DNA of 62,946 bases, filler included, from Anaerolineae bacterium (GTDB taxonomy: Bacteria; Chloroflexota; Anaerolineae; B4-G1; DUEL01), in the NCBI GenBank assembly GCA_041082215.1. It is 6 parts of 6 records of this genome, joined end to end, with 100 filler letters (N's around TTAATTAATTAA, not from the genome) between each part and the next. Parts side by side here need not be neighbours in the genome. Positions count along the whole stretch, not along the records: positions 21,505 to 40,918 come from JBDOIF010000156.1; 5 more parts are not named here. One strand, written 5' to 3'. Positions within the stretch are counted from its first letter, which is position 1. Every line of letters starts with the position of its first letter. The notes beneath the pieces were generated by a model. The model saw only the letters and a program-made list of their open reading frames with translations, did no database searches and had not been told where the DNA came from. The position numbers were made by a program, and so were the translations under genes. Shown piece after piece: positions 29,760-40,430 of the stretch.

Positions 29760-30419
29760 GTGTCGTCGGATCTCTTCGACGAATCGGTGGCGGCCCACTA
29801 TGAGGGCTGGTACAGAACCCCAGAGGGGCAGCGAGCCGACCGGTTGGAGAAGGGGCTGCTGGAGTGGCTCTTGGAGCGCTTCCAGGAAGCAGCCTCTGTC
29901 CTGGAGGTCGGCTGCGGCACGGGCCACTTCAGCCGATGGCTGAGCGCGAGGGGACTGAGGGTGGTCGGTCTGGATCGCTCGGGGCCGATGCTGGCCCAGG
30001 CCCGAATGCTGGATGGCGTCTCGCTGGTGCGCGGCGACGGCCATCGCCTCCCCTTCGCCGACGGGTCCTTCGACATAGCGGTGCTGGTCACGACGCTGGA
30101 GTTCCTGGAGCAGCCGCGGGAGGCGCTGAAGGAGGCGCTGCGGGTGGCCCGGCGGGGGCTGATCCTGGGTGTGCTCAACCGGTGGAGCCTTTTGGGGGTC
30201 GCCCGGCGGCTGGCGGGCCTCCGGCGCCGCACTATCTACAACGCGGCCCCCTTCTACGGCGTGGGGGAGTTGAAGCGACTGCTGCGCTCGGTCGCCGGCA
30301 AGAAGGCGCATATCCGGTGGCGCACGACACTGTTCCCGCGCGGGTATCTCTGGGAGCGTTCAAGACTCCCCTGGGGCGGGTTCGTCGGAATGGCGGTGAT
30401 CCTGGAGAGGAAGGAGTGA
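29760..30419 (+). CDS. Class I SAM-dependent methyltransferase
   Basis: VLEVGCGTG, GLDRS..ML, LPFADGSFD. Confidence 0.88.
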   Translation: MSSDLFDESVAAHYEGWYRTPEGQRADRLEKGLLEWLLERFQEAASVLEVGCGTGHFSRWLSARGLRVVGLDRSGPMLAQARMLDGVSLVRGDGHRLPFADGSFDIAVLVTTLEFLEQPREALKEALRVARRGLILGVLNRWSLLGVARRLAGLRRRTIYNAAPFYGVGELKRLLRSVAGKKAHIRWRTTLFPRGYLWERSRLPWGGFVGMAVILERKE

Positions 30420-30461
30420 ACAGCATCCCCCATACGGAATAAGGGGTACGGGAGACAAGAG

Positions 30462-30653
30462 ATGTGTCAGGCAACCGTATACCTGGGAGAACAGGAGATC
30501 GCACGTGAAGTGACGTGGCTGGAACCGGCAGAGGGTGGCGTGCGGCTGGCGACCTTTTTTGAGGAGCCGCGCGTCATCCCTGGCCGGATCCGGCACATTG
30601 ACTTTCTGAAACATCGGGTCATCCTGGAGCCATTGGAGGGCGAGGATGAATGA
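30462..30653 (+). CDS. CooT-family nickel-binding protein
   Basis: MCQATVYL start and IDFLKH end, 63 aa. Confidence 0.75.
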   Translation: MCQATVYLGEQEIAREVTWLEPAEGGVRLATFFEEPRVIPGRIRHIDFLKHRVILEPLEGEDE

Positions 30654-30843
30654 GACGGAGAAACTGCGCGTGCTGATCCCCCACTGGATCGAACACAACG
30701 ACGAGCATGCCGATGAGTTCCGCGAATGGGCGGCGAGGGCCGGTGCGGCTCAGGCGGATCTTGAGGCCGCAGCCAACGCGCTGAAGGCGGTCAACCGCCA
30801 CCTGCAGGCCGCGCTGGAGAAACTGAGTAAGAGAGAGAAGTGA
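30646..30843 (+). CDS. Small His-rich helical protein
   Basis: KLRVLIPHWIEHNDEHADEF; overlaps both neighbours. Confidence 0.7.
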   Translation: MNETEKLRVLIPHWIEHNDEHADEFREWAARAGAAQADLEAAANALKAVNRHLQAALEKLSKREK

Positions 30844-31289
30844 AACACGCCTGCGTTGTTGCGGTTTGCCGAAGCACACGCCGCACCGACCCCAAGGTGG
30901 ATATTGGCGAGGGGGAATTACGGGCAGGCCTTGGCCTGGTTGGAGACGCCCACGCTGGAATGAGTGAGCGAGAGGTGAGCCTGCTGTCCCTGGAGAGCAT
31001 CGAGCGGGCCAACCAGGAGCACGGCATCCATGCCATCCCCGGCTCCTTCGCCGAAAACCTCACTATCCAGGGGCTGGACCTCCTCTCGCTAGAGGTGGGG
31101 GATCGGCTGCGGGTTGGTCCGGCGTTGCTGGAAGTAGTGCAGATCGGCAAGCCGCCCGATGTCGCCCATACCTATAGCTTCCACGGCGTCTCCATACTGC
31201 CCCGGGAGGGGATCTTCTGCCGTGTGGTCGAGGGCGGCCGGGTGGCCCGCGGCGACCCGGTTCGGGTGCTGCCGAAGGAGGAGCGATGA
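30840..31289 (+). CDS. MOSC-domain protein
   Basis: GLVGDAHAG, REVSLL, GSFAENL, LEVVQIGK, LPREGIF. Confidence 0.85.
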   Translation: MKHACVVAVCRSTRRTDPKVDIGEGELRAGLGLVGDAHAGMSEREVSLLSLESIERANQEHGIHAIPGSFAENLTIQGLDLLSLEVGDRLRVGPALLEVVQIGKPPDVAHTYSFHGVSILPREGIFCRVVEGGRVARGDPVRVLPKEER

Positions 31290-32107
31290 AACTGACCTGT
31301 CTGGTAGACAACGCGGTCCGGCCCTACTCCCGGTTCCGGGGAGAGCACGGCCTGTCCTTCCTCGTCGAGACAGAAGAGGGGAAGGTCCTCTTCGACACAG
31401 GGGCCAGCGGGGAGGTGCTGCTGCACAATCTGGAAGTGGCAGACGTCGCCCCAGAGGAGATCGCGGCGCTGGCCCTCAGCCACGGCCATCATGACCACAC
31501 CGGGGGCTTATCGGCGCTGCTGGCCCAGCGGCCGGGCCTGCCCATCTATACCCACCCTGATCTCCCGCGCGAGCGGTTCTCCCGGCGCGAAGGGGAGATG
31601 CGGTCGGTGGGGCTGCCGCTACCCGTGGAGGAACTCCACCGCCGGGCCGAGCTCCGGATGAGCACCGATCCGCAGGAAGTCATCCCCGGCATCTGGACCA
31701 CGGGGGAGATCGCCGACCGGCCCGAACCGGGGGGGTACAGTGACCACCACTTCGTCCGCAGCGGGGACGGCTGGATGCCCGACCCCTACCGGGACGATAT
31801 GGCTCTGGTCCTGGAGACCTCGCAGGGGCTGGTGCTGGTCAGCGGCTGCTGCCACGCCGGGCTTCTGAATACACTGCTTCACATGCGCCGAACGTTCGGG
31901 CAGGACCCGGTGGCAATAGCCGGAGGGACCCACCTCATCGCCGCCGACGAAGCCCACCTGCGCCACCTGGTGGAGGTGCTGCGAGAAATGGGGCCACCAG
32001 CCCTCTACCCCAACCACTGCACCGGTCAGACGGCCTATGTGACCATGGCCCTGGCGTTTGGGGAACGCGTCGCTCCCTGTCCAGCCGGGACTGTACTGGA
32101 GTTCTGA
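31286..32107 (+). CDS. MBL-fold metallo-hydrolase
   Basis: EHGLSF, LFDTG, LSHGHHDHTGG, GCCHAG, GGTH, HCTG. Confidence 0.88.
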   Translation: MKLTCLVDNAVRPYSRFRGEHGLSFLVETEEGKVLFDTGASGEVLLHNLEVADVAPEEIAALALSHGHHDHTGGLSALLAQRPGLPIYTHPDLPRERFSRREGEMRSVGLPLPVEELHRRAELRMSTDPQEVIPGIWTTGEIADRPEPGGYSDHHFVRSGDGWMPDPYRDDMALVLETSQGLVLVSGCCHAGLLNTLLHMRRTFGQDPVAIAGGTHLIAADEAHLRHLVEVLREMGPPALYPNHCTGQTAYVTMALAFGERVAPCPAGTVLEF

Positions 32108-32224
32108 TCGGGAGGAATACTGTCTCCCATATCAAGACCCGTTTTCCTACGGGCCAACAGCCTGCGCCACATCGCGAATTGTAACTGGTCATTCTGATCT
32201 GTACACCGAGACGCGGAGAGTGCA

Positions 32225-34564
32225 ATGGACCTGATTCCAATCGTTCTCTCCGGATTTGCGCTGGCATCTCTGGCGCCGATTGTTGTCCGGCTGGCACGCG
32301 GGAAGGCGGGCTGGCTCCTGGCCCTTCTGCCCGCCGGGCTGACCCTCTACTTCGCGCGCCTGCTGGGACCGGTTGCGGCGGGCCGAACGTTCGCCGTCTC
32401 CTATCCGTGGGTGCCCGCGCTGGGGGTTTCCCTCTCGTTCTACCTGGACGGGCTGAGCCTGCTCTTTTCGCTTCTCATCTGCGGCATCGGCGCACTGGTC
32501 GCCGTCTATGCTGGATCGTACCTGCACGGACACCCGCACCTGGGCCGCTTCTACCTCTACCTGTTGACCTTTATGGCCTCTATGCTGGGGCTGGTCCTGG
32601 CGGATAGCGTGCTGACGATGTTCGTCTTCTGGGAACTGACCGGTCTGGCTTCCTTTCTGCTCATCGGCTTTGAGCACGAACGGGAGACGGCCCGCACGGC
32701 GGCGCTCCAGGCCCTCCTGGTGACCACCGCCGGGGGACTGGCCCTACTGGCGGGACTGCTCCTGTTGGCCCAGGCGGGCGGCAGTCCCCAATTCTCCGTG
32801 CTGCTGCAGAGCGGACGATCGCTCCAGGGCCACCCGCTCTACCTGCCGATTCTCCTGCTGGTCCTGGTTGGGGCCTTCACCAAATCGGCCCAGTTTCCCT
32901 TCCACTTCTGGCTGCCGGGCGCGATGGAGGCGCCCACACCCGTCAGCGCATATCTCCACTCCGCGACCATGGTCAAGGCCGGGGTCTATCTCCTGGCCCG
33001 CGTAAGCCTGATCCTGGGCGGAAGTGAGGCCTGGCACTACCTGGTGGCCGGAGCGGGGACGGCCACGATGCTTCTGGGCGCGCTGGTGGCCCTCTGGCAG
33101 ACGGACCTGAAACAGCTCCTGGCCTACTCCACCGTCAGCACGCTGGGGGCGCTGGTGCTGCTGCTGGGGCTGGATACCGTCCTCTCCGTGAAGGCAGCAA
33201 CCCTCTTCCTGCTGGCCCACGCGCTCTACAAGGGCGCCCTCTTCCTGGTCGCCGGGGCGGTGGACCACGAGACGGGGACGCGGGACGTGACCCGTCTGGG
33301 GGGGCTGGCGCGGGCGATGCCCGTCACCGCCGTCGCCGCCGGGCTGGCCGCGCTCTCTATGGCCGGGCTTCCGCCGATGCTGGGCTTCATCAACAAGGAG
33401 TTGCTCTACGAGGCCAAACTGCAGGCGCCGCGTGCGGCCCTCTGGGTGACCGGCGCCGGTGTCCTGGCGAACGTCTTGCTGGTGGCGGTGGCGGGAACGG
33501 TGGGGCTGGCACCCTTCCTGCGCCGCCGCGCTGATTTGCCGAAGAAGCCGCATGAACCGCCGCCCGCGATGCTCCTGGGCCCGGTCGTCCTGGCGGGGAT
33601 GAGCCTCTTCTGCGGCCTCTTCCCGGAGACGGTCGCCAACTCCCTGCTTTCGGCGGCGGTCAGCGCCGTCCGGGCCGAACCGACGACGGTGGAGCTGAAA
33701 CTCTGGCATGGGGTCAACCCGGTCTTCGCCCTGAGCGTCCTCACCCTGGCCGCCGGGGCCGTCCTCTTCGCGACGCGGGACGTCCTGCGCCACGCTGGGG
33801 CCCTGGGAGACGCGGTCGGCCGGTTCGGGCCACAGCGGTGGTATGAGGGGCTCCTGGCGGGGCTGAATGGACTGGCCCGCGCCCAGACGCGGCTTCTCCA
33901 GCACGGCTACCTGCGGCTGTACTTGATGACGGTCGTCCTCACCACCGTCGGGCTGGTGGGGTCGGCGCTCTTCCTGGGGGGTGGCCGGGTCGGGCCGGTG
34001 GGCACCCTCGTGGACGTCCGCTTCCACGAATGGATCATCGCCGCGCTTATCCTGCTGGGGGCGCTCATGGCTGTGCTGACCTCCTCGCGGCTGGCGGCGG
34101 CGGCCGCGCTGAGCGTCATCGGCTACGGTGTGGCGCTCATCTACATGCTCTTCAGCGCGCCGGACCTGGCGATGACCCAGTTCGCTGTGGAGACCCTTAC
34201 GGTCATCCTCTTCGTCCTGGTCGTCTACCGGCTGCCGCGCTTCGCGGCGCTCTCGTCCCGCCGGACGCGCGTCCGGGATGCCCTCATCGCGCTTTCAGCG
34301 GGCGGGCTGATGACCGCGCTGGTGCTTGCGGCGACGGCTGTCCCCCGCGAGCTGCACCTGGCCGCGTTCTTCGCCCAGAATAGCTGGCTTCTGGCGAAGG
34401 GCCGCAACGTGGTCAACGTGATTCTGGTGGACTTCCGCGCGCTGGACACGCTGGGGGAGATTACGGTGCTCTCAGTGGCCGCGATTGGCGTCTACGCGCT
34501 GCTGCGGCTGGTCCTCACCCCACCCCCTGGCCCCCTCCCGCCCGAAGGGCCGGGGGAGGGGTGA
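32225..34564 (+). CDS. mrpA: Mrp Na+/H+ antiporter subunit A
   Basis: [63 protein letters not shown]. Confidence 0.95.
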   Translation: MDLIPIVLSGFALASLAPIVVRLARGKAGWLLALLPAGLTLYFARLLGPVAAGRTFAVSYPWVPALGVSLSFYLDGLSLLFSLLICGIGALVAVYAGSYLHGHPHLGRFYLYLLTFMASMLGLVLADSVLTMFVFWELTGLASFLLIGFEHERETARTAALQALLVTTAGGLALLAGLLLLAQAGGSPQFSVLLQSGRSLQGHPLYLPILLLVLVGAFTKSAQFPFHFWLPGAMEAPTPVSAYLHSATMVKAGVYLLARVSLILGGSEAWHYLVAGAGTATMLLGALVALWQTDLKQLLAYSTVSTLGALVLLLGLDTVLSVKAATLFLLAHALYKGALFLVAGAVDHETGTRDVTRLGGLARAMPVTAVAAGLAALSMAGLPPMLGFINKELLYEAKLQAPRAALWVTGAGVLANVLLVAVAGTVGLAPFLRRRADLPKKPHEPPPAMLLGPVVLAGMSLFCGLFPETVANSLLSAAVSAVRAEPTTVELKLWHGVNPVFALSVLTLAAGAVLFATRDVLRHAGALGDAVGRFGPQRWYEGLLAGLNGLARAQTRLLQHGYLRLYLMTVVLTTVGLVGSALFLGGGRVGPVGTLVDVRFHEWIIAALILLGALMAVLTSSRLAAAAALSVIGYGVALIYMLFSAPDLAMTQFAVETLTVILFVLVVYRLPRFAALSSRRTRVRDALIALSAGGLMTALVLAATAVPRELHLAAFFAQNSWLLAKGRNVVNVILVDFRALDTLGEITVLSVAAIGVYALLRLVLTPPPGPLPPEGPGEG

Positions 34565-34566
34565 GG
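34513..34566. repeat. CCTCACCC...GGGTGAGG element forming the mrpA 3' end
   Basis: Same termini and GCCCGAAGGGCC core as 23033-23135; contains the mrpA TGA. Confidence 0.75.
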
Positions 34567-34577
34567 AAGGAGGTCCG

Positions 34578-34985
34578 ATGTTCTCGCTGATTCTCTCCAC
34601 CGCTGTCCGCTATCTGTTTCCTCTGATGCTTCTGTTCTCGGTCTTCCTGCTCCTGCGGGGGCACAACGAGCCGGGGGGTGGATTTGTTGGGGGACTGGTC
34701 GTGGCGGCGGCCTTCGCCTTCTATGCCATCGCCTACGGGGTCCCGGCGGCCCGCCGGACGCTGGGGGTGGACCCGCGCGCCCTCATCGGCGTCGGGCTGC
34801 TGGTCGCCGTCGCCAGTGGGCTGGTATCGGTGCTCCTGGGCCAGCCCTTTATGACCGGCCTCTGGGCGGAGCCGACCCTGCCGGTTCTGGGGAAGGTTGG
34901 GACGCCGCTCCTGTTTGACGTGGGTGTCTACCTGGTCGTCATCGGGGTTATGGTAACGATCATCTTCACCCTGGCAGAAGAGTAG
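34578..34985 (+). CDS. mrpB: Mrp subunit B
   Basis: [24 protein letters not shown]. Confidence 0.93.
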   Translation: MFSLILSTAVRYLFPLMLLFSVFLLLRGHNEPGGGFVGGLVVAAAFAFYAIAYGVPAARRTLGVDPRALIGVGLLVAVASGLVSVLLGQPFMTGLWAEPTLPVLGKVGTPLLFDVGVYLVVIGVMVTIIFTLAEE

Positions 34986-35009
34986 GACAACTGCAAGCAG
35001 TTGTCCTAC
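34982..35009. repeat. GTAG-type REP-like palindrome
   Basis: GTAGGACAACTGC-AA-GCAGTTGTCCTAC, perfect 13-bp arms. Confidence 0.8.
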
Positions 35010-35029
35010 GGCGTTACGGAGGAATCGCT

Positions 35030-35374
35030 GTGGAAACCGTTCTGGCCTTTGTCATCGGAGGGCTCTACGCGGCCGGGCTCTACATGTTGATGCGGCGGAG
35101 CCTGGTCAAACTGGCCATCGGCCTGGCGCTTCTGGGCCAGGCGGCTAACCTGCTCATCTTCACCCTGGGCCGCCTGCTCCGGGGCCGCCCGCCCCTCATT
35201 CCGCCCGACGCGACCGCTCTGGCAGGCCCTTACGCCGATCCGGTCCCCCAGGCCCTGATCCTGACGGCCATCGTCATCGGCTTCGGCGTCCATGCCTTCA
35301 CCATCATCCTCATCAAACGCGCCTACCAGACAGTGAATTCTGACGACCTGGACGATTTCAGAACAGAAACGTAG
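35030..35374 (+). CDS. mrpC: Mrp subunit C
   Basis: [17 protein letters not shown]. Confidence 0.93.
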   Translation: METVLAFVIGGLYAAGLYMLMRRSLVKLAIGLALLGQAANLLIFTLGRLLRGRPPLIPPDATALAGPYADPVPQALILTAIVIGFGVHAFTIILIKRAYQTVNSDDLDDFRTET

Positions 35375-35420
35375 CGCGGGCCGCCAGGCCTGCCAGATGC
35401 AGGCTAACAGCCTGCGCTAA
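35371..35420. repeat. GTAG-type REP-like element
   Basis: GTAGCGCGGGC...GCCTGCGCTA, similar to 36899-37000. Confidence 0.75.
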
Positions 35421-35442
35421 AACTGAGGGTGAAAAAGAGAAT

Positions 35443-36888
35443 ATGACGCTTATTCTCCCGATTCTGATCCCGTTTCTGACAGGCGTCGCCGGGCTTCTGG
35501 TCTGGAGCCGGCAGCCCGTCCAGCGCGCGCTGAGCGTCGTGGGTGCGGCGGGGTTGCTGGGCGCAGGGCTGGCGCTGCTGGCTTCCGTCTGGCACGAGGG
35601 GGTCCAGACGCTGCAGGTGGGGGACTGGCCCGCGCCCTTCGGTATCTCCCTCTCCGCCGACCTCTTCAGCGCCATTATGGTGGTGCTGGCGGGGACTGTT
35701 GGCCTGACCGTCGCCGTCTACTCGCTGGGGAGCATAGACCCGGACCGGGAACGGTTCGGGTATCACCCGCTCCTGCACATCCTGCTGATGGGCGTCTGCG
35801 GGGCTTTTCTGACCGCCGACCTCTTCAACCTGTACGTCTGGTTTGAGGTGATGCTCATCGCCTCGTTCGTGCTGATGACGCTGGGCGGCGAGGGAGCCCA
35901 ACTGGAAGGGGGCATTAAATACGTCGCCCTTAACCTGATGGCATCGGCCCTTTTCCTGGCGGGAGTGGGCATCCTGTACGGGGTAACCGGCGCGCTGAAC
36001 ATGGCCGACATCGCCCGGCGGCTGGTCCAGGTGGAACAGCCGAGCCTGGTGACGGCCATCGCGCTCCTTTTCCTGGTCGCCTTCGGCATCAAAGCAGCCC
36101 TCTTCCCGCTCTTCTTCTGGCTTCCAGCCTCGTACCACACGCCGCCAGTGCCCGTCACAGCCCTCTTCTCCGGCCTGCTGACCAAAGTGGGCGTCTACGC
36201 GCTGATCCGCGTTTTCACACAGATGTTCGCTCACGACCTGGAGTACATCCAGCCCTTGATTCTGGCCATCGCTGGACTGACGATGGTCACTGGCGTACTG
36301 GGCGCGGTCGCGCAGACCGAGATGCGTCGTCTCCTCTCCTTTCACATCATCAGCCAGATCGGGTATCTGCTGATGGGGCTGGGGTTGGGCACGCCGCTGG
36401 CGCTGGCGGGGGCCATCTTCTTTACGGCCCACGTCGTCCTGGCGAAGGCGGCGCTCTTCCTGGTCAGCGGCATTGTCCACCGGATGCAGGGGACTTATGA
36501 CCTGAAGAAACTGGGCGGCCTGTATCGAACGCAACCGGTTCTGACTGTCCTCTTCCTGCTCCCGGCCCTCTCCCTGGCGGGACTCCCGCCGCTTTCCGGC
36601 TTCTTCGCCAAACTGGCGCTGGTCCGGGCCGGGCTGGAGGCTGGAGAGTTCGCTATCGTCGCCGTCACCCTGGGGGTGAGCCTGCTGACCCTCTTCTATA
36701 TGACCAAAATCTGGAACGAAGCCTTCTGGAAGCCATTGCCAGAAGAAGGTAAGGCAACTGCGAGCAGTTGCCCTACCGTTCTCTGGCTGCCGCTGGGGCT
36801 GCTGGCCGCGCTGACGGTCGTCCTCGGCCTGGCTGCCGGCCCGCTCCTCACCCTGAGCCTGCGGGCGGCGGAGCAGTTGATGAGGTGA
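35443..36888 (+). CDS. mrpD: Mrp subunit D
   Basis: [41 protein letters not shown]. Confidence 0.95.
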   Translation: MTLILPILIPFLTGVAGLLVWSRQPVQRALSVVGAAGLLGAGLALLASVWHEGVQTLQVGDWPAPFGISLSADLFSAIMVVLAGTVGLTVAVYSLGSIDPDRERFGYHPLLHILLMGVCGAFLTADLFNLYVWFEVMLIASFVLMTLGGEGAQLEGGIKYVALNLMASALFLAGVGILYGVTGALNMADIARRLVQVEQPSLVTAIALLFLVAFGIKAALFPLFFWLPASYHTPPVPVTALFSGLLTKVGVYALIRVFTQMFAHDLEYIQPLILAIAGLTMVTGVLGAVAQTEMRRLLSFHIISQIGYLLMGLGLGTPLALAGAIFFTAHVVLAKAALFLVSGIVHRMQGTYDLKKLGGLYRTQPVLTVLFLLPALSLAGLPPLSGFFAKLALVRAGLEAGEFAIVAVTLGVSLLTLFYMTKIWNEAFWKPLPEEGKATASSCPTVLWLPLGLLAALTVVLGLAAGPLLTLSLRAAEQLMR

Positions 36889-36898
36889 CGGCGCAAGC

Positions 36899-37000
36899 GT
36901 AGCGCAGGCCGCCAGGCCTGCGGAAACAGGCGAACAGCCTGTGCTACGGTGTAACAGGAGCCGTCAGGCCTGCCGGACGCAGGCGAACAGCCTGCGCTAC
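36899..37000. repeat. Two tandem GTAG-type REP-like units
   Basis: GTAGCGCAGGC...GCCTGTGCTAC and GTAACAGGAGC...GCCTGCGCTAC. Confidence 0.8.
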
Positions 37001-37016
37001 GTGGTCGGAGGAGTAT

Positions 37017-37493
37017 ATGAGCGCGTTTCTGCTTAACCTTCTGCTGGCTCTGGCCTGGGTTGCGCTGACGGGGCGGTTCAACACGGTCAACTTCGCCTTC
37101 GGCTTCGCCCTGGGCTACGGGGTCCTCTGGCTGGCCCAGCGGGTGCTGGGGCCCTCGTCCTACTTCGGCAAGGCGCGCCGGTTCCTGGGGTTCCTGCTGT
37201 TCTTCCTCTGGGAGGTCGTCAAAGCGAACCTGCACGTGGCCTACATTGTCCTCAACCCCCGCTATCGGCTGCGGCCCGGCGTCGTTGCTGTCCCGCTGGA
37301 CGCGCGGACGGACGCAGAAATCACCCTGCTGGCCAACCTCATCACCCTGACGCCCGGCTCCCTGAGCATAGACGTATCGGCTGACCGCAAGGTCCTGTAC
37401 GTTCACACGATGGATATGGGAGGGGACCCGGACCGGTTCCGGCGGGAGATCAAGGAGGGGTTTGAGCGACGATTGCTGGAGGTGATGCGGTGA
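37017..37493 (+). CDS. mrpE: Mrp subunit E
   Basis: [25 protein letters not shown]. Confidence 0.93.
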   Translation: MSAFLLNLLLALAWVALTGRFNTVNFAFGFALGYGVLWLAQRVLGPSSYFGKARRFLGFLLFFLWEVVKANLHVAYIVLNPRYRLRPGVVAVPLDARTDAEITLLANLITLTPGSLSIDVSADRKVLYVHTMDMGGDPDRFRREIKEGFERRLLEVMR

Positions 37494-37762
37494 GTCTGGC
37501 GGACCTGATTCTGTACATTGTCCTGCCGGCGATGAGCCTGGCGATGTTGCTGGCCTTTGTCCGCCTGGTGCGGGGGCCCACCCTGCCCGACCGGGTGGTC
37601 GCGCTGGACCTGATCGGGACGCTGGGGATGGGGATGATCGCCGTCTACGCCATCGCCCGCGACCTGCCGGTGCTGCTGGACGTGGCGATCGTCCTGGCGC
37701 TGCTGTCGTTCCTGGGGACGATTGCGTTCGCGCGCTATCTGGAACGGAGGGTCGGGCCGTGA
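37490..37762 (+). CDS. mrpF: Mrp subunit F
   Basis: [27 protein letters not shown]. Confidence 0.93.
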   Translation: MSLADLILYIVLPAMSLAMLLAFVRLVRGPTLPDRVVALDLIGTLGMGMIAVYAIARDLPVLLDVAIVLALLSFLGTIAFARYLERRVGP

Positions 37763-38397
37763 GGGAGGTCGTCAGCGGGGCTCTGGTCCTGATCGGGGCG
37801 CTGTTTGCCCTGGTGGCGAGCGTGGGTATCCTGCGCATGCCCGACCTCTACACCCGGATGTCCGCCACGACGAAGGTCGCCACGCTGGGCGTCGGCTCCA
37901 CCCTGCTGGCGGTAGCGATCTACTTCGGCGAGCTGGGCATCGCTGCCCGCGCCCTGGCGGCGATCGCCTTCGTCTTCCTGACGTCGCCGGTGGCAGCTCA
38001 CATGATTGGCCGTGCGTCCTACTTCATCGGCGTACCGCTGTGCCGGGAGACGGCGCTGGACGAACTGCGTGGCCATTACGACCTGCGCACCCACGAACTG
38101 GAGTCGGTCTGTTTTCCCGAACTGGAACTGCAGTTGCCGGACCTGCAGGTGGGGCGGCTGCGGATTCCCGACAGGGCCGCCGTCGCCGGGATGACGCTGG
38201 CGGAGACGGAACTGCGCCAGCGCCACGGCGTGACTGTCCTGGCGATCTGCCGGGGCACATATACGATCCCGAACCCGGACGGCGATGTGCGGCTCCTGCC
38301 CGGCGATGAGCTGATCCTCATCGGCCCACCGGAGCGGCTGGACGAGACGGCCGAGGCGCTGCACAAGAACGACCCGACAAGCATTACCGGGGAATGA
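37759..38397 (+). CDS. mrpG: Mrp subunit G fused to a TrkA-C/RCK_C domain
   Basis: [29 protein letters not shown], then [23 protein letters not shown]...PNPD...[11 protein letters not shown]. Confidence 0.85.
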   Translation: MREVVSGALVLIGALFALVASVGILRMPDLYTRMSATTKVATLGVGSTLLAVAIYFGELGIAARALAAIAFVFLTSPVAAHMIGRASYFIGVPLCRETALDELRGHYDLRTHELESVCFPELELQLPDLQVGRLRIPDRAAVAGMTLAETELRQRHGVTVLAICRGTYTIPNPDGDVRLLPGDELILIGPPERLDETAEALHKNDPTSITGE

Positions 38398-39130
38398 TGT
38401 AAACCTCCCGTCGGTACGGCTTCACCTGCTCCGCCACCCCCTCTTTCATGATATGGCCGGAGATGTGCATGATGGTATCGTTAAAGTCGGGGTCCTTCCC
38501 CATCCCGGCCAGGCAGGGGTAGTGGTGGTGGAGCATCCCGGCCTGGAACTCCGCCTCGTCCACCGAGACCCCCACCAGCCCCTGGGCCACGTAGCGGGCA
38601 CACCCGCAGACGGTGTCCCGTACCACCTCCACCTCCGCAATCGTCCGGGTCTTTGGGTCCACGGTGATCCGCAGTTCCGGCCTCCCAAAGTAGCGGGCGA
38701 ACTCAGCGATGAGGGGGTCGTTGTACTCGACCCGGTGGCGACGGATGTTGTAGGAGTTCTCAGTAAGGGAACAGAGGGGCTTCGGGGTGACGCAGGCCAC
38801 CCCCATCTGGGCCAGCCAGCCGCGCAGTTGACGGGCCAGCCCTCTCGGCAGCCACTCCTCCCGGTCCACCGGCGCGATGACGGCCCGCGCGCCGGTCCTC
38901 TTCACCACCTCCGGCACCAGCTCCGCCACCCCCTTGTGCTCCCCGAAGGCCAGCACCAGATCGGCCGGGGGCAGATCGTCGGGCAGGTAATCCTCCGGGT
39001 AGTCTATGACGAGCGGGTAGGACGACGGCGCCCGCCAGACGTGAATCTCCCAATCCCCCGGCGCGTGGGCGCGGATGTTCTCCACGTGCCGCTGGCCATA
39101 CTCACCGGTGATGATAGCTAAAATGCGCAT
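38384..39130 (-). CDS. DUF166-family protein
   Basis: IDYPEDYLP, PKPLCSL, FGRPE, VVRDTVCGC, HHHYPCLA. Confidence 0.75.
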   Translation of the reverse strand: MRILAIITGEYGQRHVENIRAHAPGDWEIHVWRAPSSYPLVIDYPEDYLPDDLPPADLVLAFGEHKGVAELVPEVVKRTGARAVIAPVDREEWLPRGLARQLRGWLAQMGVACVTPKPLCSLTENSYNIRRHRVEYNDPLIAEFARYFGRPELRITVDPKTRTIAEVEVVRDTVCGCARYVAQGLVGVSVDEAEFQAGMLHHHYPCLAGMGKDPDFNDTIMHISGHIMKEGVAEQVKPYRREVYIIPR

Positions 39131-39140
39131 AAGGGCCTCC

Positions 39141-39168
39141 TGTAGCGCAAGATTAATCTTGCGCTACA
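39141..39168. repeat. Perfect 28-bp GTAG-type palindrome
   Basis: TGTAGCGCAAGATTAATCTTGCGCTACA; contains the DUF438 gene stop. Confidence 0.8.
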
Positions 39169-40430
39169 TCATCCAGCAGCCGCCGCTCCCCCTCCAGCGC
39201 GCGGATGTCGGTGACGTCCTGCACCACCTCCAGGGTCCCCCGGTACTCGCCCCGTTCGTCCCGCAGGGGGAAATAGCGGATGTGGATGAACCGCCCCTGC
39301 ATCTGAATCCAGAACTCCGCCACGTCCCGCCGACCGGCCCGGAAGCCGTCCAGGATGCGCTGGACCCGGTGCAGGCTGGCGGGCGGGTGGCACTTCTGGA
39401 CCTTGCGCCCCAGGGCCGCCGGAGGCCGCAGGAAGGTCCGCTCCCGGGGCTTGTTGAAATAGCGGACGGTGTCCTCCGCGTCCACGTAGGTGATCTCTAC
39501 CGGCATCACGTTAAGGATGAGGTTGACCTCCTCCGGTGTCAGGGTGCCTGTATCCAGGTGGAGCAGGACGGAAGCCAGGGCCCGGACCTCCGGCGGCGGG
39601 GTCGGCGCGACCTCCACGGGCGCCGGACCTGGCGCGGGTGCCGCCACCACCCCCTCCGACGGCCAGCGGTCCCCCGGCTGGACCCAGGCGTAGCCTGCCT
39701 CCGGCTCCTGCGCCCTGATCGCCCGCCAGTCCTTGTCGGTCAGCAGTTGCAGCGCGGTGGGAAAGAGGATGTTCTCCTCCTTGAAGAACATCTCCCGGAT
39801 TGCCGTCGCCATCGGCCCAAAGACCCCGCCTATCCGGGCCCGGAAGTCCTCCGGGTCGTTGCCCGGACCCGCCTGCAGCAGCGCCTCCAGTGCCTTCCAG
39901 CCGCCCCGGATGTCGTCGTGGATGGCCCACATCACGGTGGAGGGGCCGGTGAAGCCCTTCCGCTCCAGGTACGGGAAGAGGAAGTTCTCCTTACGCCGAT
40001 AGTGCCTCTCGTACTCCCGCAGTTCCCGTAGCCGCTCCCGCGCCGCGGCCAGCCGGTCCGGGTCGGTCGGCGCGGCCTTCAGGGCCTCTATCGCCTCCTG
40101 GAGACGGTCCAGGGCCTGGGCCGCGGCGCGGTTCTCGGCCCGGAAGGTGTGCACCGGGTGGCCGGGCAAACTTTCCGGCGGCACCTGCGCCTCCAGCGAC
40201 TCCCGGAAGACGGCGACATGGACGTCGCAGAGCCGCTTGATCTCCATTTCCGGGAAGCCCTCCTCAATGAGGGCCTGCTCTATCTGGGCGATCTCCGTCG
40301 GCCCGACCTCTCGCAGCAGAGCGGCGAACTCCGCCTTCACCTCGTCCACGCTCCGGCCCTCGTGCAATTGCCGGATGATTCCTTTCAGGATTTCCCGACG
40401 ATGGGTGGAGTTCTGGATATATTCGCTCAT
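39153..40430 (-). CDS. DUF438-hemerythrin-PAS domain protein
   Basis: RLCDVH, GHPVHTFRAEN, HYRRKENFLFP, VMWAIHDDIR, KEENILFP, VQKCHPPAS. Confidence 0.88.
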   Translation of the reverse strand: MSEYIQNSTHRREILKGIIRQLHEGRSVDEVKAEFAALLREVGPTEIAQIEQALIEEGFPEMEIKRLCDVHVAVFRESLEAQVPPESLPGHPVHTFRAENRAAAQALDRLQEAIEALKAAPTDPDRLAAARERLRELREYERHYRRKENFLFPYLERKGFTGPSTVMWAIHDDIRGGWKALEALLQAGPGNDPEDFRARIGGVFGPMATAIREMFFKEENILFPTALQLLTDKDWRAIRAQEPEAGYAWVQPGDRWPSEGVVAAPAPGPAPVEVAPTPPPEVRALASVLLHLDTGTLTPEEVNLILNVMPVEITYVDAEDTVRYFNKPRERTFLRPPAALGRKVQKCHPPASLHRVQRILDGFRAGRRDVAEFWIQMQGRFIHIRYFPLRDERGEYRGTLEVVQDVTDIRALEGERRLLDDVAQD

